In this document: positions 20,601 through 29,688 of the stretch, piece after piece
Layout of the letters: the number at the start of each line of letters is the position of its first letter
Position numbering within the stretch: position 1 is the stretch's first letter
Source of the DNA: Candidatus Cloacimonadales bacterium
GTDB lineage: Bacteria; Cloacimonadota; Cloacimonadia; Cloacimonadales; DAONDQ01
Length of the DNA: 64,000 bases
Assembly: GCA_963662275.1 (NCBI GenBank)
Contig: OY759316.1
Location: 2,784,001-2,848,000 of the forward strand
Direction: 5' to 3'
Notes under the pieces: generated by a model
Database searches by the model: none
What the model was told of the DNA's origin: nothing
Seen by the model: the letters and a program-made list of their open reading frames with translations, nothing else
Position numbers and translations under genes: made by a program

Positions 20601-21180
20601 TCGCTGTTCCTGCTGCGGTTACCTGTTTCATTTCTGCAAAATTGAGATTACTATCTGTTCTCAAAGATATGCCTTGAAGAACATTCCCGTTTCTGATCAA
20701 TGTCACTGCACCAGGTGCTATGATTTCATCAAAGGATCTCTCCCATGAGAGAATTTCTGTTTGCAGGATACCATTGGGAGTGACTAATTTTACATGTCCT
20801 GTAGCGACAATACGATTCTCAATATCATTTACGTTTGCTCTGTTTGCGGTGATTGTGGAATGAACTTTACCTGATTTATCATAAGTCACGATATTTACAT
20901 CAAAAGCTAATAAGTTTTGTTTATCATAATACCGATCAATGCGTGATGCATCCAGGACATAATCAATTGAATCCTTCTTCATGGAGACAATATGAACAAA
21001 ACTGGATTGTTCATCTGGATAATTTGGATTAATCTGATCTTTCGACGGTTCCGTTGCCTTGCGACACCCGGTTAAACCCAGTAGTGATATTAGTAGTAAT
21101 ACTTCAAGAAGACTGAAGATTTGCCAGAAAATTCTTGAGAGCAATATCATATAATCCTTTTTGTGTAAGTACGTATTCAA
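20578..21180 (-). CDS. lptC: LPS export protein LptC (start uncertain, possibly 21150)
   Basis: GHVKL...LQTEILSW...VTLIR.G...G pattern; LTGC lipobox-like motif; synteny. Confidence 0.85.
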   Translation of the reverse strand: MNTYLHKKDYMILLSRIFWQIFSLLEVLLLISLLGLTGCRKATEPSKDQINPNYPDEQSSFVHIVSMKKDSIDYVLDASRIDRYYDKQNLLAFDVNIVTYDKSGKVHSTITANRANVNDIENRIVATGHVKLVTPNGILQTEILSWERSFDEIIAPGAVTLIRNGNVLQGISLRTDSNLNFAEMKQVTAAGTANEKDINW

Positions 21181-21643
21181 TCATTTCTCTCACTGCTCCA
21201 TCTCCTCCTCGATGAGTGGAAACGAAATTCACTATCTGTTTAATTTGTTCGACCGCATTAGATGGACAAGCAGAGAATTCCACCACCTGCAAGAGAGGTA
21301 CATCATTCCAGTCATCACCCATATAGGCAACATTCTTCATTTTCAGATGAAGCTCTTTCAAGAGGAGTTCCATCTGCTGTATTTTATTGGTTACACCCTG
21401 GAAAAGATACTTGATATGCAATTCTTCACACCTTCTTTCCAACGCAGCAGAATTACGACCCGATATCACGACAGGAATGATATCTGTCATTTTCAGTAAT
21501 TGAAAGCCCAATCCATCAAGAGTACTGAATTGCTTGCTTTCTAAACGGTTCTGGTCAATCGTGATCTTGCCATCCGTCAGTACACCATCACAATCAAACG
21601 CTAGGACTTGTATATTATCAAAGTGAATAAAACTCATGTACAT
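21104..21643 (-). CDS. kdsC: KDO 8-phosphate phosphatase
   Basis: DCDGVLTDG, YMGDDWND and GGDGAVRE motifs. Confidence 0.95.
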   Translation of the reverse strand: MYMSFIHFDNIQVLAFDCDGVLTDGKITIDQNRLESKQFSTLDGLGFQLLKMTDIIPVVISGRNSAALERRCEELHIKYLFQGVTNKIQQMELLLKELHLKMKNVAYMGDDWNDVPLLQVVEFSACPSNAVEQIKQIVNFVSTHRGGDGAVREMIEYVLTQKGLYDIALKNFLANLQSS

Positions 21644-21676
21644 TCCTTCCTGGAACTATTCAATCAATCTGATCAC

Positions 21677-22468
21677 TTAAAACAGAGTTAAGCAATAATC
21701 TAGTATCTCGGGAATTTTATCGAGTGAGACCATACTGGCAGAATCACTCAAGGCTTCATGGGGACGAGGATGTGTTTCTAGAAAAAGACCATGCACTTTT
21801 CCGGTTGCTAAAGCTGCCCGTGCCATCATTCCTGCATATTCAGGAGTACCTCCCGATACATTATGAATGGAAGGACGCTGCATACTATGAGTCACATCGT
21901 AAACCACAGGATACCCAAAATCATGCAAAATCGCGAAGCTTCGGAAATCTACCACAAGATTATGATAACCAAAAGTCGTCCCACGTTCTGTCAGCATCAC
22001 TTGATAATTGTTCATTGCAGTCACTTTCCGTGCAGCTAGTTCCATATCTTCAGGAGCCATAAACTGACCCTTTTTGATATTAACGATTTTTTTTGTCTGG
22101 GCTGCTGCATGAATAAGGTTTGTCTGCCTGGATAAAAAAGCAGGAATCTGCAAAATGTCAGCTACCGAAGCAGCTTCTTCCACTTCATTGGTTTCATGGA
22201 CATCGGTGATGATGGGAATATGATAAGTATCCTTGATCTTTCCTAGTATCTTCAGACCTTGTTTATATCCCGGACCTGAATAGGATGTTTCAGAAGTCCG
22301 GTTAGCTTTCTGATAGGATGATTTGAAAATGAGAAACAAGTTCCTTTCCTGGCAAGACTTGACGAGAAACTCTGCCGTTTCCATCATCAATGCTTCATCT
22401 TCAACAACACATGGACCTGCAATTAAAAAGAATGGTTTTGGATGCTGTAGGAGATTATATAATTCCAT
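21677..22468 (-). CDS. kdsA: KDO 8-phosphate synthase
   Basis: IAGPCVVE, KANRTS, QIPAFLSRQT and KKGQF motifs. Confidence 0.97.
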   Translation of the reverse strand: MELYNLLQHPKPFFLIAGPCVVEDEALMMETAEFLVKSCQERNLFLIFKSSYQKANRTSETSYSGPGYKQGLKILGKIKDTYHIPIITDVHETNEVEEAASVADILQIPAFLSRQTNLIHAAAQTKKIVNIKKGQFMAPEDMELAARKVTAMNNYQVMLTERGTTFGYHNLVVDFRSFAILHDFGYPVVYDVTHSMQRPSIHNVSGGTPEYAGMMARAALATGKVHGLFLETHPRPHEALSDSASMVSLDKIPEILDYCLTLF

Positions 22469-22482
22469 AATACCTCATCTAT

Positions 22483-22557
22483 TATAGAGACTCTCTACAA
22501 GAGCGTCTCCGATCAATATCCGATTTCCAGGGAGACGCCCAAATTGGTCGTCTCTAC
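22483..22557. repeat. Inverted pair of GTAGAGACG-type REP palindromes
   Basis: tagagactctctacaagagcgtctcc ... ggagacgcccaaattggtcgtctctac. Confidence 0.65.
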
Positions 22558-22570
22558 TTACGTATTTGAA

Positions 22571-23755
22571 TTACACTAATATTTTAATCTTTTCCCAGGA
22601 AAAATCAACATCAGTTCTGCCAAAATGACCATAAGATGAAGTATAATTATAAATCGGTTTCCGTAAGTCAAGATATTCAATGATTCCTTTCACTGAAAGA
22701 TCAAAATTCTTATGAATCCTTTCTTCGATGTCACTTTCTGGTATCTGATTTGTACCAAATGTATCCACCATCACGGCAATAGGTTGGTGTTGTCCAATAA
22801 CAAAGCTCAACTGGATTTCACATTCACTGGCTAAACCTGTAGCGACAACACTCTTGGCAATATGTCGTGCCATATAACAAGCGCTGCGATCCACTTTTGT
22901 ACAATCTTTCCCGGAAAAAGCACCTCCACCATGACGTGCCCAGCCACCATAGGAATCAACAATGATCTTTCTGCCGGTCAAGCCGGTATCAGCAGACGGT
23001 CCGCCATTTTCCCACATACCAAGGGGATTGATCATCGTATCCATGTTGTCATACATGAAATTATATTTTGCTATCTTTTTTACTTCCTTGATAGATGGTA
23101 TCACAACAAGATCATAGATGTTCTTCTTCATTACTTCGAAACCAGCTTGATTTAAAGGCTGATGCTGTGTGGAAATGACAACATTCATCAATTCCACTGG
23201 TTCCCGTTCAATAAAACGAAAGGTGCATTGAGATTTTGCATCCGGTAGCAATTCAGGAATCAACCCGGCTTTCCGTACTGAAGAAAGATTCTGAACCAGT
23301 AAGTGAGCCAGGACAATTGGAATAGGCATGAGTTGTGTCGTCTGGTCACAAGCATAGCCAAACATCAGTCCCTGGTCACCAGCCCCTGGATTATCTGTTG
23401 AAGAATTATCACGTAATGCATCTTCCTGTTCATGTAGCAGGTTTAGGATTTCACATTTATCATCAAATCCTTTTCCCGCATAAACATATCCGATCTCACG
23501 AATGGCATTGCGGGCTATTTCATTGATCCTGTCTTTCTCAATTGTTGCTTTTGAAGTTATTTCTCCCGAAAGTATAAGACGATCTGTTGTCGTCAGGCAT
23601 TCGCAGGCTACACGTGAATGAGGATCTAAGGCTACATAGGCATCCAGGATACTATCGGATATCATATCACATACTTTATCAGGATGACCTTCCGAAACTG
23701 ATTCCGAAGTAAAAAGGAATTCCAGTTTCGCTTCATCTTCATGATGTTTAACCAT
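22571..23755 (-). CDS. metK: S-adenosylmethionine synthetase
   Basis: FTSESVSEGHPDK, GAGDQG, GLTGRKII and GGGAFSGKD motifs. Confidence 0.98.
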   Translation of the reverse strand: MVKHHEDEAKLEFLFTSESVSEGHPDKVCDMISDSILDAYVALDPHSRVACECLTTTDRLILSGEITSKATIEKDRINEIARNAIREIGYVYAGKGFDDKCEILNLLHEQEDALRDNSSTDNPGAGDQGLMFGYACDQTTQLMPIPIVLAHLLVQNLSSVRKAGLIPELLPDAKSQCTFRFIEREPVELMNVVISTQHQPLNQAGFEVMKKNIYDLVVIPSIKEVKKIAKYNFMYDNMDTMINPLGMWENGGPSADTGLTGRKIIVDSYGGWARHGGGAFSGKDCTKVDRSACYMARHIAKSVVATGLASECEIQLSFVIGQHQPIAVMVDTFGTNQIPESDIEERIHKNFDLSVKGIIEYLDLRKPIYNYTSSYGHFGRTDVDFSWEKIKILV

Positions 23756-23782
23756 TTTATATCTCCTTTAGGATTTTTTTAC

Positions 23783-23824
23783 AAAAAAAGACGGCTTTAA
23801 TACATCCGCTGTACTAAAGCCGTC
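23783..23824 (-). terminator. Leader intrinsic terminator (attenuator) upstream of metK
   Basis: Minus strand reads GACGGCTTTAGTACA-GCGGA-TGTATTAAAGCCGTC-TTTTTTT. Confidence 0.85.
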
Positions 23825-23840
23825 CAAATTATCTGGATAA

Positions 23841-23888
23841 GGTTTAGCACATTTATAACGCGGAGCAAGCTGTCAAATCACCGCTTAT
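23841..23888 (-). ncRNA. SAM-II-class riboswitch aptamer
   Basis: Minus strand GCGG-UGAUUU-GACAGC-UUGC-U-CCGC-GUUAUAAAUGU-GCUAAA matches SAM-II hallmarks; lies in the metK leader. Confidence 0.75.
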
Positions 23889-23936
23889 GATTATAATTTC
23901 ATTCTTCCATTCCTGGAAAACACAATATTTAAAAAA

Positions 23937-24012
23937 TGGTACATCCGCGGGGATTCGAACCCCAGACCCACTGATTAAGAGTCAGTTGCTCTACCAGCTG
24001 AGCTACGGATGC
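23937..24012 (-). tRNA. tRNA-Lys(CTT)
   Basis: Cloverleaf with anticodon arm CTGAC-T-CTT-AA-TCAG, GTTCGAATC and 3' CCA. Confidence 0.97.
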
Positions 24013-24076
24013 ACACTATCTGTATGTTAAGAAATTTGAGTCCGTAACAATGTCAAATGAATTTTTAATTATTCCA

Positions 24077-24204
24077 CTAACACCTAACCCCATTTCCTGT
24101 TCCGCTGTACGCTGTACCTTGTATACTCTTCTTTTCTCTTCTCTTCTCTTCTCTTCCCTGCCCGCTGTACCCTGTACCCTGTACCCTGTACGCTGTACGC
24201 TATA
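24077..24204 (-). repeat. Mixed heptamer (CSCTGTA) and pentamer (CTCTT) repeat tract
   Basis: cgctgta/ccctgta units flank a run of ctctt. Confidence 0.85.
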
Positions 24205-24427
24205 TATATGATGTTTGGCAAAATCATCGAGAAAAAACTGAAAGAAAAGGAAATGACTGAAGTTCATGAGGAACCAACGGACTAAGACTCGCGATTAGAA
24301 ATTCAGTACAGGATTAATTACTTTAATGACTCGGTTCAAGATGCACAATGTAGGGATGTAGGGGCTTGCGGAAGTAAGCCCATCTTCGTAGAGTAGGACG
24401 CCGTTCCTGCTTTTACTTGAAGATAGA

Positions 24428-24472
24428 AACGCACGGGGTGCGTTTTACCACCTCACAGAGTGAGGTGTTCCG
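24428..24472. repeat. Double-hairpin REP-like repeat, copy 1
   Basis: 41/45 identical to 36643-36687. Confidence 0.85.
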
Positions 24473-24533
24473 CTCTGGTAAAGCAAGACGCCGATCTAGC
24501 TATTTGTTCTGCCAATCTTTTTCAATTTCTACA

Positions 24534-26867
24534 TTACTTCATCAGGATCATTTTCTTCGTCACACACTTATCAGTGGCGTTCAAACGATAGAAATAGACT
24601 CCGCTGGAACAAGTATTTCCTTTCTCGTCTTTGCCATCCCAGACAATTTTATGCAGCCCCAACGGCATATTTTCACTGAATAATTGGATTACCTTTTGTC
24701 CTCTGATATTATAGACAGACAATGTCACATAGGATGATTGAAGAATATTGAAGGAAATTGTCGTACTCGGATTGAAGGGATTGGGATAATTGTACAGGAT
24801 TGTAGCACCTACTTCAGGAGGTAATTCATCTTCATTCCCCACCGATATCGATCCAAACTCATAACAGCCCATATCGATGCGGTTATTCCAGATACGGTAA
24901 TTCCCTGCCAGATCTGAGATAGGCAACGCAAGTCCTGTGGTATCCGGTGTACCGGAATCTATACAGAAAGAACCTGCTGCCAGTGAATAGCGTAACGGGT
25001 CATATTCGTTTCCTCCCAGGAAACCGGGACTTGATGAGATATTATGATTCAAATAATAGACATGATTTGCAGCACTTGAGTTCAAAATTCCAGTCTGCCC
25101 ATTCTGAATAAAGTTATAATCAAAAGTCAGATCTATATGTTCCCCATTATCAGGGACGGGAATATGTATTTCATTAGGTGTCTGATTAAGAAAGATAGTG
25201 TTCCATATATGTGCGATCCCATATAGCTGCAAATTGTAATCATGTCCAAAATTGTCAACAAAGTCGCAATTTGAGATATTAATATTTGCATTATTGGCAG
25301 CACCAAAGTTGATAATACCATTTTCCCCATTAATATTTGAAAACAAAGTGTTATTAATGTTCATGGTAATTGGTTGGGCGGGATTATCAACACCGCCAAA
25401 AGCAATACACTGAGAATGACTGTCAGCCATAGCCATATGGTCAAATATGCAATTTTCAATGGATGTATCTGATAATTTTAACCAGATTAAAGGATGAGCC
25501 CAGGCACTGACATAAACTGCCGTTGACCTGCAGTTTGTGATCTTCCAGTTTTTCATCATTCCACTGAACTCTCCATAAATATTAACTACGCTGCCATCAT
25601 TAAAGGTAACATTATCTATGATAAGACCATCGATAACACTATCTCGTAAAAAATCTAAAGAAATCAGGTCTGCTTGATACAGAGTTAAATTTTCAGCTTT
25701 AATATTTCGAAACGTAATTCGACTTCCTTCAGTACCCCCAATCAATTTACCATTCATTGAATCCACAAAAGATAAACTCACATCTGCTAGTGTATAATTG
25801 CTCTTATAACTTGTTGAAATATCTGTGACATAAATAGAGGAAAACTGAGGATGATCCTCTCCAATGATGATTGTACTATCCATTCCTGCCCCAACCACAT
25901 TCACCCAGCTTTTCATGGTAATGGGGAATATCTGCTGATTTGCCGTTAACGAAAAGGTTCCCGGCAATATGTGGACAGTCTTTGGATTCAGGCTATCCGC
26001 AGCTATGCGGTAGATAGCAGTATGAATTGTCTTTAATGCTGACAGGGGAGATAAGCCATCATTCTCATCATTGCCTAAAGGTGACACATAAAGATCATGA
26101 TTAATTTCTTGAGTAAAGGCGTTTAGGATATGTAAGTTCATGTAATTCTGATACCCATAATCATTGCAATTCTGAGCAAAATAATTACTTGGATTCAAGA
26201 CTGTAAAAGTATCCAGGTAAATATCGATATCAGTCCTCGTTCTCCACACCAGGATATCCTGACTGCCACCGGCGATATTATTATAAATTGAGCAGCGGTT
26301 AACAGGATCGAAAGTAACCATAGAACCTGAATTCGTAATCAGGATCCCTCCTCCTCCTGCCAGGCAACGATTATGATAGATTTTAACTCCTGATAAAGTA
26401 ACAGCAGATCCAGCGGTAATAATCCCGCCCCCCCCCAAAGCGATATTATTGAATATTTTGCAGTTTTGAATTATAGCTGTAACATTAGGAGATATTCCTA
26501 TTCCACCACCATTCCCATTGTTGAATCCATTAGTAAGGGAAAATCCCCTAAACTCAATATCCTGGGTATTCGAGAATACTTTAAAGCATGTATATATTGC
26601 ATTTCCATCTATAATAGTGGAATCAATGTAAGCCGGATTATTGGTAGTGGCTTCCAGGCTTTCCAAAGTCAAATTATTGGTACTGATAGAAACATTCTCC
26701 ACGTACCTTCCGGGGTGAACCAGCACCACGTCTCCACTGGCAGAGGCATCTATGGCAGATTGAATCGTGGTATATTGCTCTGAGCCATCAATATCTACAA
26801 TGCGGGTAATTCCAAACAACAATCCTAATGAACAGATAAGGAATATCAACAGCATCTTTTTTGACAT
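24534..26867 (-). CDS. Secreted beta-helix (DUF1565-like) protein with FlgD-Ig/T9SS-like tail
   Basis: TIQSAID..G..V.PG.Y and YVSPLGND..G motifs; IDMGCYEFG; NYPNPFNP tail. Confidence 0.88.
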   Translation of the reverse strand: MSKKMLLIFLICSLGLLFGITRIVDIDGSEQYTTIQSAIDASASGDVVLVHPGRYVENVSISTNNLTLESLEATTNNPAYIDSTIIDGNAIYTCFKVFSNTQDIEFRGFSLTNGFNNGNGGGIGISPNVTAIIQNCKIFNNIALGGGGIITAGSAVTLSGVKIYHNRCLAGGGGILITNSGSMVTFDPVNRCSIYNNIAGGSQDILVWRTRTDIDIYLDTFTVLNPSNYFAQNCNDYGYQNYMNLHILNAFTQEINHDLYVSPLGNDENDGLSPLSALKTIHTAIYRIAADSLNPKTVHILPGTFSLTANQQIFPITMKSWVNVVGAGMDSTIIIGEDHPQFSSIYVTDISTSYKSNYTLADVSLSFVDSMNGKLIGGTEGSRITFRNIKAENLTLYQADLISLDFLRDSVIDGLIIDNVTFNDGSVVNIYGEFSGMMKNWKITNCRSTAVYVSAWAHPLIWLKLSDTSIENCIFDHMAMADSHSQCIAFGGVDNPAQPITMNINNTLFSNINGENGIINFGAANNANINISNCDFVDNFGHDYNLQLYGIAHIWNTIFLNQTPNEIHIPVPDNGEHIDLTFDYNFIQNGQTGILNSSAANHVYYLNHNISSSPGFLGGNEYDPLRYSLAAGSFCIDSGTPDTTGLALPISDLAGNYRIWNNRIDMGCYEFGSISVGNEDELPPEVGATILYNYPNPFNPSTTISFNILQSSYVTLSVYNIRGQKVIQLFSENMPLGLHKIVWDGKDEKGNTCSSGVYFYRLNATDKCVTKKMILMK

Positions 26868-27229
26868 ATCTTCTCCTGGATTACGATCTTTACCCCTGAT
26901 CCCCTCCCTTTGGATAAAGGGAGGGGTAAGGGGAGAGTTTGATTCATTTCTGAACCTGTGTATTATTTGTCATGGCTCCTCGCCTTCGCAAGGATGACAA
27001 TAATGTTGTAATGTGGTGATTACTTCAGGAATCGTGGCAGCTTGGTTTACCTTGCTTCGTAAAGGACACTTTAGGGTCATGAATATATGCAGTAGCCTAA
27101 AGTCAACTTTACCATTCCTAAAGCAGTTTCCTGAAGTAAACTTTACACAAGCTGAAGCAGTAGCCACCCTTGTCCTCTACCACTTTTAATTTTTAATCTT
27201 TAATTTTTAATTGAAATGAAGCTGCTGCT

Positions 27230-29638
27230 TCATTTCACCACCATCATCTTATGAACAGCCTGGTACTTTCCTGCATTGAGCTTCACGATGTAAACACCGG
27301 AACTAATCTCACGATTCTGGTCATTCTTGAGATTCCAGGCTGTGGAGTAAGGTACTTCTGTTTGACTGAAGCCTGTCTTATCTTTGGTTACAGAACGCAT
27401 ATCATTCATACTGTTGGAAACTTCAATGGATTTGACCAGTTGTCCTCTGATATTGTAGATTTCTATCATGGGTGATTTAGCTGACTTCTCGGGTATGCTG
27501 AATTCCAGGAACACGGCATGTGATCTTGTACCATTCAGATAGACCGGATTCGGATAAGTTGTAAAGGACACTTCAGGGTCATATATCCCTTGAACATCAT
27601 CATGATTGCCCACAGGCACCGAACCAAACTCATAACAGCCCATATCGATTCTGCCATCCCATACCCGGTGATTACCGGCTAAGTCCATAACCGAAATATT
27701 CAAGCCGGTTGTATCCTGGAGACCTGCATTGATACAGGGTGAGCTTGAACTTAATTGATAATACGCAGGATCAGATATAGGAAGAGAGTTATTGAGCATA
27801 CCTGCAAATAAGGGATTGCTGTTCAGCAGCAGGTTATTCTGCTGCACATATTCCAAATGATCAGCAGCCACAGTCCGATGCAATAATGTATTGCTGATCG
27901 TAGGATGGTACTGAACCTCATCGAAGGTCATAAAACTTACATCCCAGTACATATCAGGATTATAGAAGATACTATTTCGGATATCCGCTTCTCCATTGAT
28001 TTGAACCGGACATGTATCACTGCCCCTGTTGTTGGCAATGGTGCAGTTACTGATCTGCATTCTCTGGAAATTATTGTGCAGGGAAACCAGGGAGCTCGCC
28101 CAGGGATCATTGATCTCGGAGTAGTTATTAACGATCAGCATATTGGACATATCCAGGCTGTACGCAGACTCTTCTTCATTCACATTCTGATAAAAGAAGA
28201 CATAGGCATTCCCCGCAGTGCAATTTGAAATAATACTATTGCGAATTGTAACATCTGATTCCCAGATTTCAAATCCTAGATGATTGGCATTATATCCATT
28301 AATTTGAAGGTTATCAACAATGCAGTTATTTACAACGATATTCTCATTATAATACATCAGGAAAGCAGTATTATCATAATCTTCTGTTGTGGAATTATGA
28401 ACTAAAATGTTTTCCAGAATTACATCATGACTATACGTCCCACTGATACCGTCAGTGTCACCAAAATTACCGTCAAACTCCAGGTTTCTAAATATTGCAT
28501 CATAAATATTCCCAAAACCTACAGAAGCTCCATAATCAGGATATCCAATAAATTTGAGATTGCTGACTTCAATATCGTTTTGGTTGCCAGCAGCAATGTA
28601 ATACCTCAGAGCATTATTCTCATCTAAAATCGTTGTTTCGAAACTGTCTCCAATCAGTTTCATATGTGATTTTAGCTGTAAAGGGAAAAACTGCTCATTT
28701 CCAGTGATTGAATATATACCGGGTGCCAGGTGGATGGTTTTTGGATTCAGGCTGTCCGGTTGAATGACTTGAATCGCATGATAAATTGTTTTAAAGGGAT
28801 CATCTGATGAAAGCCCTGAATTCGTATCATCCCCATCCGGAGAAACGTACAGATCATGGTTAATTAAGCTATAATATGGGTGCTGCACAGTAATATGAAC
28901 ATTGGGTGAGGAACTAAAGAAATAGCTGTCAGGTTCCGTAAGCTCAATGCTGAAGATATTGAACATAATATCAAGTTGATTAGAATAATTATATAATCTA
29001 ACATCCCCGCCGATATTGTTATATATACTGTTGGGGCGAATGTTATCAAAATCTATTTGGGAAGCATTTGTCCCTGTAATATAAATTCCTCCAGGTAGTT
29101 CAGAACCAATACAATTCTTTATTGTTGTGTTAGAAAGATAAAAGGTAGTCCCATTGAAATAGACTCCACCACAACGAGAAATACAATTTTGAATTACACA
29201 GTTCAGGATCGAAATACCTGAATGATTTGTTACTTCAATTCCTCCTCCCCATACATCATCATTATCCGCATCATAATAATCAGGGATCAGATTCACAGGA
29301 TCATTATTAGTGAAGGTAAAACCATTGATCGTGACAGTTTCACCATGATCTATCTCGATACAGGAAGATACTGTGGTGGGATGGATAACAGTGTTATCGA
29401 TTGTTTCCTGGGAAAGTGTGGTTGGATACAAGCTTTGCAGAGTGATGGATTTCCCGTTTGTCTCAAGGGCTTCTGCATAGACTCCCGGATACACCTGTAT
29501 AATATCTCCATTAACAGAGACATTGATTGCCTCCTGGATACTGGTGAAATCCTGGGTACTATCCAGAGAGACATTCCATGTAATACAAAAACCAGCTTGT
29601 GCTATTACAAGTAACAGAATCAAAAAACTTAATTTCAT
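27230..29638 (-). CDS. Secreted beta-helix (DUF1565-like) protein, paralogue of 24534-26867
   Basis: Same architecture; shared INHDLYVSP, DSLNPKT and IDMGCYEFG motifs. Confidence 0.88.
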   Translation of the reverse strand: MKLSFLILLLVIAQAGFCITWNVSLDSTQDFTSIQEAINVSVNGDIIQVYPGVYAEALETNGKSITLQSLYPTTLSQETIDNTVIHPTTVSSCIEIDHGETVTINGFTFTNNDPVNLIPDYYDADNDDVWGGGIEVTNHSGISILNCVIQNCISRCGGVYFNGTTFYLSNTTIKNCIGSELPGGIYITGTNASQIDFDNIRPNSIYNNIGGDVRLYNYSNQLDIMFNIFSIELTEPDSYFFSSSPNVHITVQHPYYSLINHDLYVSPDGDDTNSGLSSDDPFKTIYHAIQVIQPDSLNPKTIHLAPGIYSITGNEQFFPLQLKSHMKLIGDSFETTILDENNALRYYIAAGNQNDIEVSNLKFIGYPDYGASVGFGNIYDAIFRNLEFDGNFGDTDGISGTYSHDVILENILVHNSTTEDYDNTAFLMYYNENIVVNNCIVDNLQINGYNANHLGFEIWESDVTIRNSIISNCTAGNAYVFFYQNVNEEESAYSLDMSNMLIVNNYSEINDPWASSLVSLHNNFQRMQISNCTIANNRGSDTCPVQINGEADIRNSIFYNPDMYWDVSFMTFDEVQYHPTISNTLLHRTVAADHLEYVQQNNLLLNSNPLFAGMLNNSLPISDPAYYQLSSSSPCINAGLQDTTGLNISVMDLAGNHRVWDGRIDMGCYEFGSVPVGNHDDVQGIYDPEVSFTTYPNPVYLNGTRSHAVFLEFSIPEKSAKSPMIEIYNIRGQLVKSIEVSNSMNDMRSVTKDKTGFSQTEVPYSTAWNLKNDQNREISSGVYIVKLNAGKYQAVHKMMVVK

Positions 29639-29649
29639 GTTTTATCCTT

Positions 29650-29678
29650 AGCAGGTGGAGTTTGATACTCCACCTGCT
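29650..29678. other. 12-bp perfect stem-loop between co-oriented genes, without a U-tract
   Basis: agcaggtggagt-ttgat-actccacctgct. Confidence 0.7.
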
Positions 29679-29688
29679 TCATAATGCA

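Noticed and set aside
11612..23526. Numerous + strand ORFs opposite the housekeeping genes
   Set aside because: Antisense shadows of well-supported genes
24016..24267. Small ORFs with VQRTGYRVQG-like repeats (also 48223-48426 and 62338-62663)
   Set aside because: Artefacts of stop-free heptamer arrays; no RBS support
26970..27167. 65-aa ORF or possible gene fragment
   Set aside because: No recognisable family; runs into a palindromic repeat; cannot be supported without a database search
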